Assembly (NCBI GenBank): GCA_051294375.1
Contig: CM119266.1
Location: 3,369,151 to 3,433,150, forward strand
Source: Paraspadella gotoi
Lineage: Eukaryota > Animalia > Chaetognatha
Direction: 5' to 3'
DNA length: 64,000 nucleotides
This document shows positions 13,443 through 26,250 of this stretch, in pieces. The notes beneath the pieces are model-generated. The model was not told the origin of the DNA. It saw only the letters and a program-made list of their open reading frames with translations, and searched no databases. Positions within the stretch are counted from its first letter, which is position 1. Each line of letters begins with the position of its first letter. Made by a program: the position numbers and the translations under genes.

Positions 13443-13606
13443 TCTCTTCTCTCTCTCTCTCTCTCTCTCGTCTCTCTCATCGCTTCCTCCAATATGGCGA
13501 CCAACGCCGACGTTCTCAAATTCCGAATTACTGGAATAGTGTTCCAGCTTCCGTCCGATGGCACCGGATTTGCTGCGCTGNNNNNNNNNNNNNNNNNNNN
13601 NNNNNC

Positions 13607-14285
13607 CTCTCCTTGACTGAAAGTAAGAGAGATTTGTTACCCGAAGTACCAAAAAGTTTGCAAGTACAATATTTTAGAACAGTTTAACTTTAAACCTAAC
13701 AACTTCAAACTGAATAATATTGATATCAAAATTTAAATTTTACTCAAACAAATGTTTAGCCTACCAAATATTTTTGGTATGAATTTTCTTTTGCAATATT
13801 ATTTACTGGCAATATGGCATTTAGAATATAGTATAATTATATTTATATATATAAAGGAAGTATATATGAGTAATTATATATATATATATACTAAAATTTT
13901 TATATTTTTATAGAAAGTAATTGCATATTGAAGTAAATCATATATTAATAAGAAAGAATTCAAAACAAAAATACTTTGATTAGCATATGAAACATAACAA
14001 TTGTAAAAATGTAAAAATGAAAAAGCCATATTCTAAATTTTTATAAAAATCTATCCGTAATTCGTAGTAGTTTTTATTTAAAATAAAAACAAAAAAAAAA
14101 CTCTAAGAAAAAGGCGTGACGCCGACGGACAACGACGACGTTCACAAAGAAGCAAAACAGATCCAAAATCGTCTGGCGAGATAAAAAAAGAAATAAAAAA
14201 GAAATAAAAAAAGAATGTTTTTGTTATTTTTCATGTCGCACGATGACGCGAGGTTGCGGGGGCGATCAACGGAAAAAACGTGGGA

Positions 14286-14324
<39 letters not shown>

Positions 14325-14675
14325 TTTGCTTCCAACATTTAATCTCTTAAAAAATCAGACCAACCTTTCCTTTTTCCACCAAACAAGCTTACCTCCCTCC
14401 AACTGGTTGCTTGCTCGTAACTCGGAGGGAGTGGTTCCGCTTGTCCAGAGAGTTGGAGGCGAGACTTCCGGCGACTTTGTTTTTGAAGCTGTTGTTGAGG
14501 GATCGGTTGAGGGATGTCGACCTGAAGAGAGGAAGGAGGCCGAAGAGGTTGTGGAAGGGTGAGCCGTTAGGGTCAGAAGAGAAGCCGAGGGTGGAGAAAA
14601 AGGTTAATATATAATAGTGAGTGTAGAGAATTTGAGAAACAAAAATTTATTTGATAATAAAATAATAATAATATA

Positions 14676-14718
<43 letters not shown>

Positions 14719-14918
14719 TAATAATATAATAATATAATAAATAATAATAATAGACTTGTTAGTTTTCCTTTCTTTTTCGTTGGTGTATGATTTAGAGACA
14801 GAAAAAATTGATTTTCAAAACGAATTGTTTTTATTAAAGATGCAGACATGTTTCGAATAATTGTTTTGTTCATCATCAGTGCATTTAGACAATTTGAAAT
14901 ACAAAACTTTGCCAAGTC

Positions 14919-14958
<40 letters not shown>

Positions 14959-15158
14959 AGAAGAGAGAGAGAGAGAGAAGAAGAAGAGAGAGAGAAGAGA
15001 GAGAGAAGCGAGCGCGTAGAAAAACCCAAGGGCGGACCAGGAGAAAAAATGTCTCGGCGCCAAATTTGAAAATGGTCCCTTGGAAAATTTGGAACATGAA
15101 AGCCGTGTTCAAAGTGGCCCTTCAAAGTGGCCCAGCTGTGTACAAGGCATTAGCGCGG

Positions 15159-15246
<88 letters not shown>

Positions 15247-18200
15247 CTTCCAACAAAGGGTTGAGAGAAAGTGAACAGTCAGAGGGCGAGAACAGCTGAA
15301 GTTTTGGTTCAGATAGAGAGAGAGCAGGAGGGAAAAGAAAATAAAGGTCAAATGAGAAATAATGCAGAGGTAATGAATTTTACATTGAAATAATAAAAAC
15401 TAAAAAGTAAAATAATAATAACAACAGGTGAAATAAATAATAGTTTTGTAATTTGTTAATAATGAAAGGAAAATTGAAATTTGTAAGTAAAAGGAGAAAG
15501 GTAAAGAAAGAAGCTCAAAGTGAGCAAAAAACAATTGTTCGAAACATGTCTGCCTCTTTAATAAACAAGCAGAACAGCTTTTAAACCTCAGATTCTCTGA
15601 TAATGTTCCATAATTGCCCGGGCCACCCCCCCCATTTCCAACCCCCTGGCCCCCCAATTGCCAACCCCCAACCCCTAACCCCCGCTGGCCAGTGGCACCA
15701 CAACCTCTGGTTTGGGGTCGCGGAAGTTCGTCCGGCGCCGAATCCTGGCGCCGCAATTTCCGTCGGGCGCGATCCGGCAGAACACGACGGCGCTGACGAC
15801 GACGATGACGAAGAGGACGACGCTGACCAGCACGACGATGACGAGCAACTTGTGTTCCTGAAGGAAGATGGATTAGAAATTAGAATTTGGATTAGAATTT
15901 GAATTAGAATTATGGATTAATTGTGATATATTTTTATATTAGATCTACCAATTTTATTAGTTATAATTATCATTAAATGACGATCTTGGATCTTATGTTC
16001 TCTCTCTCGCTCTCCTCTCTCCTCTCTTCTTCCTTTGCTCTGACTCTTAACTATTCATTTGGCCTGAAGATAATGTGTCCAAAAGATCCAAATATTGGTC
16101 ATTAAATAAACATTGTACCTGTACTCCCATGTGTAATCTTTAACTAATTATCGTTATTAGTTATAACTACTATTATTAGTTATAATGGTTATTATTAGTT
16201 TTAATTATTACTACTATTATTAAATCCAAGTAAATATTCATCGCGAAAAAAAAAAATACAGTCACGTCTCTCTCTCTGGTCTTGTTTCTTATATCTTGTT
16301 TTACGCAGCAACGGCACGACGTATTGTTAGATTTCTATTCAAGTAATGGAGTAATGGATTGGACCTTAAACACCAAAGCCTGTCCAAAGTCAGGGCAAGA
16401 TAGCTTAATTTATAAATGAATGGATAATTTTTTATATTGGTTGTACAATTTCATAATAATTCAGCTCCTTGTATTTTGATGGCTAGTGCGGATAACAATA
16501 AGTATTCCCGGCGATCTAATACTTAAGGGAGTGGTCTTTTTCATACAATTGAAACATTCTTTGAATATTCTTCGCACTTCATGCATAGGGAAGCCAGCTG
16601 TACTGCTGGGATGTGAATAAACGAGACTGTGAGAGAGTCTTGATTGAAAGCTTGCAGGGAACCTGCTATGTCAATTATCTTGTAAGAGTGATGGAGCATT
16701 AAACCAGCCACAAGCCTGTCCAAAGTCAGGGGCAAGATAGGCTTATTTATTAAATGATGGATACATTTTTATATTGGTTGTACCAATTTCATAAAATTCA
16801 GCTCCTTGTATTTTGAATCTAGTGCGGAGTACATAAGTATTCCCCACGATCTAATACTTAAGGGAGTGGTCTTTTCATACAATTGAAACATTCTTTAAAT
16901 ATTTTCCACTTCATTGATAGGGAAGCCAGGTACTCCTGGGAGTGAATAAACGTAGACTGTGAGAGAGCTTGATTGAAAGCTTGCAGGGACCTGCTATGTC
17001 ATTATCTTGTAAGAGTGATGGAGGCCTAAACCACGCAAAGCCTGTCAAAGTCCGGGCAAGATAGCTTATTTATTAAATGATGGATAATTTTTATATGGTT
17101 GTACCAATTTCATAAAATTCAGCTCCTTGTATTTTGATGCTAGTGCGGAGTACAATAGTATTCCCGATCTAATACTTAAGGGAGTGGTCTTTCATACATT
17201 GAAACTTCTTGAAAATTTTTCCACTTCATTGATAGGGAAGTCAGGTCTCTGGGAGTGAAATAACGAGACTGTGAGAGATCTTGATTGAAGCTTGTCAGGA
17301 CCTGCTATGTCATTATCTTTAAGAGTGATGGAGGCCTTAACCACCAAAGCCTTCCAAAAGTCAGGGGCAAGATAGCTTATTTATTAAATGAATGGATAAT
17401 TTATATTGGTTGTAGCAATTTCATATTAAATAATTTTAATTTTAATGCATGTAGGGTTCATTAATTTATTTGAATTCAATATATGGATATCCTTAGCATT
17501 AATTATACCTCCAAGACCAGGTAAAAAAGACGAAGGACGGAAACAAACGTTTTCAATTCTTCGGATTTGATCTCGCCTCCAGTTTGCTTTCAGTTTCGGC
17601 CTCCGCCCATGGCGCTGTTGTTGTTGTTGTTGTTGTTTTGTTGTTAACCGTCAGCGATGGTGAAAGCAAAAAGTAAGAAAGAAAAATCCAAGACGAAGGA
17701 ACGAAAACTGAACTTCATCGTTCGCCACGATTTTCACTGACTTTGGGGCGACGTTCGTAAAATTTGTTGTATAAACAAACTGATACACTTAAGTCATTAA
17801 ATTGTTTTTTTTCTTTTTTCAGCTTATATGTGTCATGTTTTTTCGTGTTTTTTTTTAATGTGGAGAAAATGTTTAGAAAAAAAATCCTTAACGAAGGATT
17901 TAACTCAAATTTTAGACATTTTTTTTTTTTAGTTCAAATTTATCTTTCTTCCCTTTTTTTGTAATTCGATTTGTATCTTTCTTGAAAAGTATATTATTTG
18001 TTTTTGTTTTTTTTATTTTTCTTCTTTTGCTGAGAAACTCGCGTGATTTCGTTTATCCTTCTGTTTTTGTGAATCCGCGAGATTAACATGGCGGCCGTGA
18101 GTAGAGAACGAGAACGAGAGAGAGAGGAGAGGGAAGAGAGGGAGAGGAGAGAGAGAGAGAGCCCGAAAAGTGAGAACAGAGGCTGAACAAGAAAAGTCAC

Positions 18201-18280
18201 GGGGCAGAAAAGCAGCGAACTTCGTCGTCGTTTTCGTCGTCGTCGTCTTCATCATCATCGACGTCGTTATCTCTGACGAG

Positions 18281-18326
<46 letters not shown>

Positions 18327-18535
18327 TCCTCCCCCTCAAAAGGTCCGTCGTCGGGGTGACTCGGGGCGTGGGCGTGAAGGAAATACGGTGAATTGTAACC
18401 GGTCATGAATGGATGAAAATGAACGAAAATGGACGAAAATGGACGAACTGAGCAAGAAAAAAGGGATAAAAAAGAGGGAATGCGATGACGACCTGGAAAC
18501 GAAAAAAGGGAAAAGGTGGGATGTTTGCTGAGTAT

Positions 18536-18590
<55 letters not shown>

Positions 18591-18767
18591 AGAAGGAGAG
18601 AGAGAGAGGAGAGAGAGAGAGCTTCCGATTTATGCTACTTCACGTCTTTCGTTCGTGATTTTCATTCATGAGCTCATATCTTTTTTTTTAAGATCAGAAA
18701 GACAAATGAGAGGAATGAATGAAATGAACAAAGAAAGGATTGAGAAAAAGTGAATGAGTGAATGACC

Positions 18768-18833
<66 letters not shown>

Positions 18834-18884
18834 AATTGAGGGAAAAATTGGGCGATCGTACGCCAAGGTAAGACATCCACAATT

Positions 18885-18956
<72 letters not shown>

Positions 18957-19065
18957 AGATTAAACTTGAAAACAATAGTACCCCAGTCCATATTTTTTTC
19001 AGCAAAAATATTCTACTCTTAAATTCTGGCTTGAGAAAGGATAAAAGCTGCTCTCTCTCCTATCT

Positions 19066-19122
<57 letters not shown>

Positions 19123-19645
19123 ATTATTTTCACAAAGCCTCCACTTTCTTATTCTTTCTTCCAAATTCCTGAATTTGTTTCGACTTAAAAAAAAAANNNN
19201 NNNNNNNNNNNNNNNNNNNNNNNNNNNNNNNNNNNNNNNNNNNNNNNNNNNNNNNNNNNNNNNNNNNNNNNNNNNNNNNNNNNNNNNNNNNNNNNNNNNN
19301 NNNNNNNNNNNNNNNNNNNNNNNNNNNNNNNNNNNNNNNNNNNNNNNNNNNNNNNNNNNNNNNNNNNNNNNNNNNNNNNNNNNNNNNNNNNNNNNNNNNN
19401 NNNNNNNNNNNNNNNNNNNNNNNNNNNNNNNNNNNNNNNNNNNNNNNNNNNNNNNNNNNNNNNNNNNNNNNNNNNNNNNNNNNNNNNNNNNNNNNNNNNN
19501 NNNNNNNNNNNNNNNNNNNNNNNNNNNNNCCTCCGGATCTTGATCTTGATCGAGGCCGTTCCATTTACTTTTCGGATTGTCTTTTCTAAAACTATTGTAA
19601 ACTATCTCTTTAGGATTCTAGACTTCTTTCACACGAACGAATTTT
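13607..19645. repeat. Copy B (partial) of duplicated block, equivalent to ~2763-7515
   Basis: Starts right after an N-gap and is colinear with copy A. Contains the gap 19196-19529 and an extra 1.08-kb insertion. Confidence 0.92.
16345..17422. mobile_element. Unclassified insertion: tandem array of a ~330-bp unit (3 units plus a ~100-bp partial)
   Basis: Units restart at TGATGGAG (~16357, 16689, 17016, 17326). Absent at the equivalent sites in copies A (~5322) and C (~30520). Confidence 0.8.
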
Positions 19646-21125
19646 GATGGAGGCCTTAAAACCGACCATACGCTCTGTCTCAATTCGTCAGGGGCACAGA
19701 TTAGCTTACTTTTACTTAAATGAATGGGATAATTCTTTTATATTGGTTGTACCCAATTTCTCAATTCCAAAAGTTTGGAATTAGGGGCGGTTCCTATTTC
19801 TCCGGAAACATCATCGTGATCGGCCCCGCTCTCTCCTCCCCCGCCCCTCCCCACCCCCGGCTTGGGGTAATTATAGCAAGGCACGGAGAAGTGCTCTTTT
19901 CTTAAAAAAGCTGGAAAGGGTAGATCGCTCTTGGGCAGCTTCAGATTTTCAACACTTACTTCTCTCTTAAACCATTTCTCGATGATAATTCAACGTGAGT
20001 CATCCACGATGGTTTTCGTCGGTTTAAGATACGTGAAAAAAAAATTTTGTTTACTCGATTGTGAACACGTGATGGATTCGAGCCTCTTATGAAAAATTAC
20101 AGTCATTTTTTTTTCTCTCAGCGTAACGCACACATCACACCCCTCGCTATCATCGCTTCGTATCTTAACCAAAAACATCTTTGCTTACTTCATACTCAAT
20201 ACTCTTCCTCACCATTTCTTTCCTCCTTCTTTCCCCGTAACGTCTGTGTTTTTCCCCACCCACACCCTAACCAGTAACACACCCTCTCTCTCCATCTCAT
20301 CCTCCTTCTTACTCTCTAACTCTCGTCTCCCTCTCTATCTGAGGATTCGCCTCGGCCGGATTGAGCCTTCGAATCGTTCGTCGAAGTCGACCGCCGTTCC
20401 AATACCACGAATCCGATAAAATTATTTAATTTTTTTTCCGTTTTTTTTTCCTATTCATTTTGGTTTTTCCGTTTTTTTTTTTAAACTTCCCCTTTTTTAT
20501 CATTAAATTATTTTTTTTCCCCAAACGCGTTGCTTGTTTGAATCGTCATCGGTATTTTTGTTAGTAACATCTATCGTTGAAATCCCTCTTTCGATCCAAT
20601 ATTAATTGTTCAAAACAATCAGTCAATCTCTTTCCCATATTGACACAATGTTTTGCTACTTGTTACGATTTTCAACTCGGCCCGCTTTTTTTCACATCCT
20701 TAGGTCCATTCATTTTTCATCCACTAACCCCCTCACCACCCTCTTCTACCCTCCTACCACCCTCACCAACCTTAATGATCTCACTCCGTCTGCACCCACC
20801 CTCGTTACCACCCTGCACCACCCTGTCTAACCACCTCTAACCACCGTCTGCCACAACCTTCCTCCTTCGAATTTTAATAAAATTCTCTGTAAAAAACCGA
20901 GAGCAGTTCCCACTTTCCACTACTCTGACCTCAACAGACATCGCCCCTTCCAATATTCACATCTGGCCCAACTCGCTCCAGCAGTTAACCCCGCCCCTTT
21001 GTTCCAAATACTGCCGCCCCCTCGCTCCTTCCAAACAATCACAGCCAACGTTCAAATCAAACAATCCTTCCGACTCGCTCAACATTCCCCTCCCCTTCGC
21101 TCCAACACCTATCCCGCTTTCTCAC

Positions 21126-21266
21126 CGTTTGCTTTTCCTTTTGTGTTTCTTTGTCCGGACGAGTTGATGTACTGGTTGATGTTGAGCCAAAGGAGCCGTG
21201 ACTCTGTAATGATTGGGCGCGAGAGGAGAGTCGAAAGTGTCCGGTTGGGCTTGAAGAAGCATCACC
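21126..21266 (-). CDS. Isolated internal exon of an unidentified minus-strand gene (other candidate exons in 19800-23030)
   Basis: TTCAG| ... ACG|GTGAGA boundaries around a 141-nt open frame, GDASSSPTGHFRLSSRAQSLQSHGSFGSTSTSTSTRPDKETQKEKQT. Confidence 0.4.
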
Positions 21267-22017
21267 CTGAATGAGTACACTCAAATTTCATTTGTTACAG
21301 TTACTCACCGATACTTATACACTGCGCCCAAAAAAAGGTAGCTCTCCTCTTTCACAGCTTAACATTAAACTATCGTATAACATATTTTTATTAAACCGTT
21401 TTTTTTTTCAGCGAATCAAAGCTTGTTGTTTATATATATATATATATGTGTGTGTGTATAAATCTCTTATGATTTTGTAAGGGATATTACCATTAAATAA
21501 AATTTAATTTTGCTATACCCCTGTTTATGCTAAATTTTTTTACAGAAACTGTGCGACATAATATAATATAAACCATTAGAGTGGAGGGATCGAAAAAATT
21601 AAGTCTATCATTGGGCATTCTTAATAAAATGTTATAAATGATTTTGTTCTCTCTCTCTTGTCCTGTGTCCTCTCTCTGTCTCTCTCATCTGTCTCTCTTT
21701 GTGTTCTCTTTGTGTCTCTATGTCTCTCATTCTCTGTGTCTCTCCTCTCTCTTTGTCTTCTCTCTCTCCCCCATCTCTCTCTCTCTGCTTTTAAAGCCCT
21801 CAAGTCCTAAAGCCGCAGTAATTAATATTGTCTATTTTCTATTTCTCTCTCTCTCTGTCTCCCCTCTCTGTGTCTCTATCTGTGTCTGCTTTTTTTTTTG
21901 TCTTACTCTGTCTTCTCTCCGTGTCTCTCTCGGTCTCTCTTTCTCTCCCTCCAGCTTTTGAGTGGGAAGGTTTTAATTTGGCATAATGTCGCCTCCGCGC
22001 TCACTCTCTCTCTCTTT

Positions 22018-22069
<52 letters not shown>

Positions 22070-22567
22070 CGTTGCCACCCGAAAACCACGTTTTCCATCC
22101 GACGACCGAAACAATTCCGATGATGAAGAGGGCGACGGCCGACGCCGACGGACGCCGACGACGACGACGACGACGGAAACCCGAGAGACTCGAGCGACGG
22201 TGGCCGACTTTCGAGTCGACACAAGGATATAACGAAAGCGAAAAATGCCGGCGAACGACGACGAACGATGACGTGCTTTTCGTGCCACGACGGGTCACAT
22301 GGCAGCGCCATCAATCGCCGAAAAGAAATGACGACGTGACAATAGAATCGGGTTACGAAAGGACTTGAAACGTGACGAATGATCGAATCAAAAAAGAATC
22401 AGGTGCCAAAGCCGTTCGTGACAAAGGCGTCATTTGACCTGATATTGGCCGACAAAGAATCTTAGGGGATGGCATGGGAAGACGCGACGAGGCAGTTGAA
22501 CATCCAATGTTCCAGGGCGGGGGGAAGGTCGCCGCCGCTCGGTCGTTGGTTCGACTTGTCGATCGAG

Positions 22568-22668
<101 letters not shown>

Positions 22669-23394
22669 CGTGGAAAGTGGCGTCCGAAAAAAATTGGTTC
22701 TTCCGTTGCCCGTCAGAGGCGAAGAATGATTAAAGTGAATCATTGTTGCTGTTGTCGTTGTTGTTGACGCTGTTATTGTTGTAGTTATTGACGGAGAAAC
22801 CCTCATCAGCTTATGGAATCAAGACTCTGCGGATTAAAAATCTTGTCGTCGTCTTCTTCTTCATATTAGATTGATTCGAGCCACCGTTGGTGCCTCGTTG
22901 TTATTGTTATTCTCTGTCCTTATTCGCGTTATTTATCGTCTTGCAGCTCTTATTCACGTCAGAGTCTTTGAAGTGCGCTGACAATCGGAGGGACGACGAA
23001 CACTTGCGTTGGAACAGGATGGGAGCCTTTGGGGGGGGGAACTGAGAAATAAGAAATAATGGAAGAGGGAAGAAAGAAATGCTGTAGAAAGGAAATAGTG
23101 AACTCGGAGGCCTGGATGAGAATGACTTATAGGCATCATTGAGTTACTTATCTAAAAGTGCAATAGACTAAGTCTAAGTAAAATTGTGTTAAAGATAATC
23201 TTTGAATCTAGTGGGCCTTTAATTCAGTGGGCCTCCAATGTTCATTTAGGGGTTGTCACGTCGTTTTTTAGTCATGAATTAAGGAAACCAAAACTCTCTC
23301 ACGATTGTAAATTGATTGTGATTTAGCTCTAAATTTCATTCTCATACACAAATTATTTTTTTAGAGAAAAAAAAACGGTAAAAAAAATTTAAAG

Positions 23395-26250
23395 ATGGAA
23401 ATTTTTACTCATCTCAATGGTTTTTACTAATGAGTCTCCATGTCTTGGACCTTTTGTCAGACTTTCGGCACGATTGTATGCATCTGTCTTCAGCACAGTC
23501 AAAACTTTAGCGATCATTGGGTTGGGTACTCGGTCTTATCTTAGCAACACCATGCTTTAGTCTCCTGTTTTAAGCATTCCGTTTGTCTGGAGATTCTCGG
23601 CTAAGTATCCGACTTTGACCAAAGATTGTTGGCGTCGCTCAGCGACATTGGTCTCTCATTGATGGGACTTGCTGTGGTTCCCATCTCGATCGACCCTTTT
23701 ACCAGGAAAAGGCACATGAGCGGAGTTGGAGTTCATTATACTCAAAGGTATGATTACAATATATTTCAAGTATCTTAGCTATAAGTGGTAAAAAAGGTTT
23801 GTTTAGTGCTGGAAAATTCATATCAATAAACCTAAAAATTACTAAATATCTTGAGGCATAATTTTCAATAAATTTTTAAATCATTTAAAAATTATTGTCA
23901 CAAATATTTCCATACAGAAAAATTTGCGGGAGACTCGATTATCCATATCTTCCTCGAGTCATTTCCCCCAACTGGTTGTCCAGACAGCATCAAGCCGTCC
24001 TTGTCCTGGATGGAGAAATTAAACAATCTGCATGCCAAAAAACTCATAAAGCCATTTACGCTCTTCACGAATCGGTTTAGACTCAAAGAGAACGGATCTG
24101 TGGTGAAAAATGATTCACCTTGAATGTGTTTTTGCTTCTAAAGGTTTGTTTGTGAGCCGTTTTTTACTGTTGTTGTTATTTTCAATTGATTTAATTGTTG
24201 TTCCAAGGTTGATTGTTTTAATTATTTAATTTTATAAATTCTTTTTCAGTTGTGTCTCTTTTGTTGTTTCGTTTCTCGTAGTTGTATGCTGAGTATAGGT
24301 GGATTTGGAACTGTTATCTTTATGTTTTGAAAGGGTATTTTATGGGTCTAGTTTTTGATCACAATCTGTTCCTGGCCAATTACTAATCACTTATTCTGGC
24401 ATCCATGGCGTTGTCGACTTTGAGTATTGCATCGGCCCTGTCAAATTTAGGATAGAGAACCTAAATTGCAACAGGTATGTTTAGTCATATGCCTAAATGG
24501 GAACTTGAGCCAACATAAATAAATCTTTTCCCTTGGAACCCCAGCTCAAACCATATGCGACTCCTCAAACTATATTCAATCATTAGCATCATCCTGGGCA
24601 CCTTTGGAATGCCATCGCAACCTTTTGATTTAATGAGGCGGTCCTCAACCTCAACCCGGTTTTCTTCTTCTTTTCATCTTTTAATCCCCTTGAGGGCTTT
24701 TACCGCTGGAGAAGCCTTGTGGTCTACTTAAAAATTTAGGAAGCGGCTGTGGACTCTCAGAGGGAAGACTCCTCTATAGAGCCCACTGCATGAGTATAGG
24801 TCTTCATCTGCTTCTGCTTCCCGCCATCAATGTCCTACTTTACTCTTTTATCTTTTTGTTGAAAAAACCCATGCATTAATTGATGATATTACGTAAAAGA
24901 CTGGGGTTTGCAGAATTTGGTGAATGATGCTCCGCAATGTTGTCTTTCTACAAAACTAGAAAATATAAGAACGCACCCTATTATTTTAACAACAAAAGGA
25001 ATTATCAATGGGCGTCTGTGGAAAAAAGCCGTTTTCCCGGCAACTGTTACCCTTTTTCTACTAACGACCAACTTTTACCAGAAGGGTACTTCTTTCTTCA
25101 GTTTATCACTTGGGCAACTATTTAATCTTTGCATCACATCATGATAACATATTTGAATTTTTATCTGGTCGAAATCGTTTTTGGGAACTCTAAATAGCCT
25201 TCTCCTCTTGTATGTTTCAAAACAGCATAAAAAAATATCTAATGTTTTATTAAAGTCTTCATTTTTGACAATGATAATATATTTAAACATCACATGCTGC
25301 AATAAAATTAATAAATCTTAAAGCCTGTTTTGTAGTCATACCATTACCAAAATGTGAAAAAGTGCCATATTTGGGCAAATGCGATATTGAAATATCCCAC
25401 GTAACCACGACAGTAGTGAGAAAGCAGCTATTGAATCGTTGTGGTCATGTATGCATATGGCAATTTAATTTCAGCTTTATGTCCTGTCTTCTGGTACTTA
25501 CTTTTTTCTTTCAACTCCAAAAATTATTTTACAAACCACAGTAGTTAAACATATATCAAAAACTGTTTGCATTATTTTAGGACTTAGTGTTTTTATTTTT
25601 AAACTTTCGAGAATCATATAATGAAATACATTATGGAAGAGTATAAGAATATTGTAAAACTGTATTAGAAATGAAGAATCTTTGGCGTCTATTCTTCAGA
25701 CCCTTATCACCATTTCTGTGGCCTATTGTGGGCAAAGCAAAAAATTCATTTTTAATGTTTGGTTTTTTCCATTGTATCATTTTTTATTTAATTTTAAATT
25801 TAATTCTCGAGAAATTAAATGGATCTAAAAAGAATTTTGCAAAAATTATGGTGGTTTCTTTTGGTTTGTAATTTACGGGCTATTATTTATATATTTACGT
25901 CATTTTCAACAAAGAACGAATTATTTGAATCAATATTCAGATTTTGATAATTTGATTGCTTACTTGATTTTTTCCGATATTTAAGAACGGTCCCATCAGT
26001 TTACCTATTCCCCAAGCTTATCAAAGTGACAACGTCTCTAGCCAGCGGAAAGTTTGTTTTTGCTTACAACAAAATGAAATAAAAGACTAAAAAATAAAAA
26101 TATTAGTAAAGTTATAACATTATGATACTCACATATTGAATTTCTTTGAAAATATGACAGACGCCGTGGTTCAAAAATGTTTTGAAAAATGTCAATTATT
26201 TGTATTAGTTATTTTTGTACTTCCAATAATGCTAATTCTAACACAATTAA
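23395..26250 (+). CDS. Divergent XK-related (XK/Xkr/CED-8 family) membrane protein, frameshifted by probable assembly indels
   Basis: Frame-corrected pieces: ...SLHVLDLLSDF..., intron ~23748-23917, IIHIFLESFPQLVVQTA (XK ESxPQL signature), ILASMALSTLSIASAL. The 3' part is an intact ORF in copy A (2-1216). Confidence 0.6.

Larger units (their letters stand above)
1..13580. repeat. Copy A of ~13.5 kb duplicated block (equivalent to 25038-38573)
   Basis: Colinear near-identity throughout, differing mostly by small indels. Ends at the N-gap 13581-13605 inside a copy of E-Syt exon 1. Confidence 0.95.

Noticed and set aside
13494-13580. Second E-Syt gene or E-Syt/XK fusion ORF (13349-13687)
   Set aside because: A duplicate of exon 1 cut by an N-gap; the apparent fusion is created by scaffolding across the gap.
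16345-17422. Endless plus-strand ORF around the 330-bp unit if TGA=Trp
   Set aside because: Depends on an eye-built consensus of noisy units and is explained as the antisense shadow of the minus-strand frame. No other sign of an alternative code; E-Syt ends in TGA.
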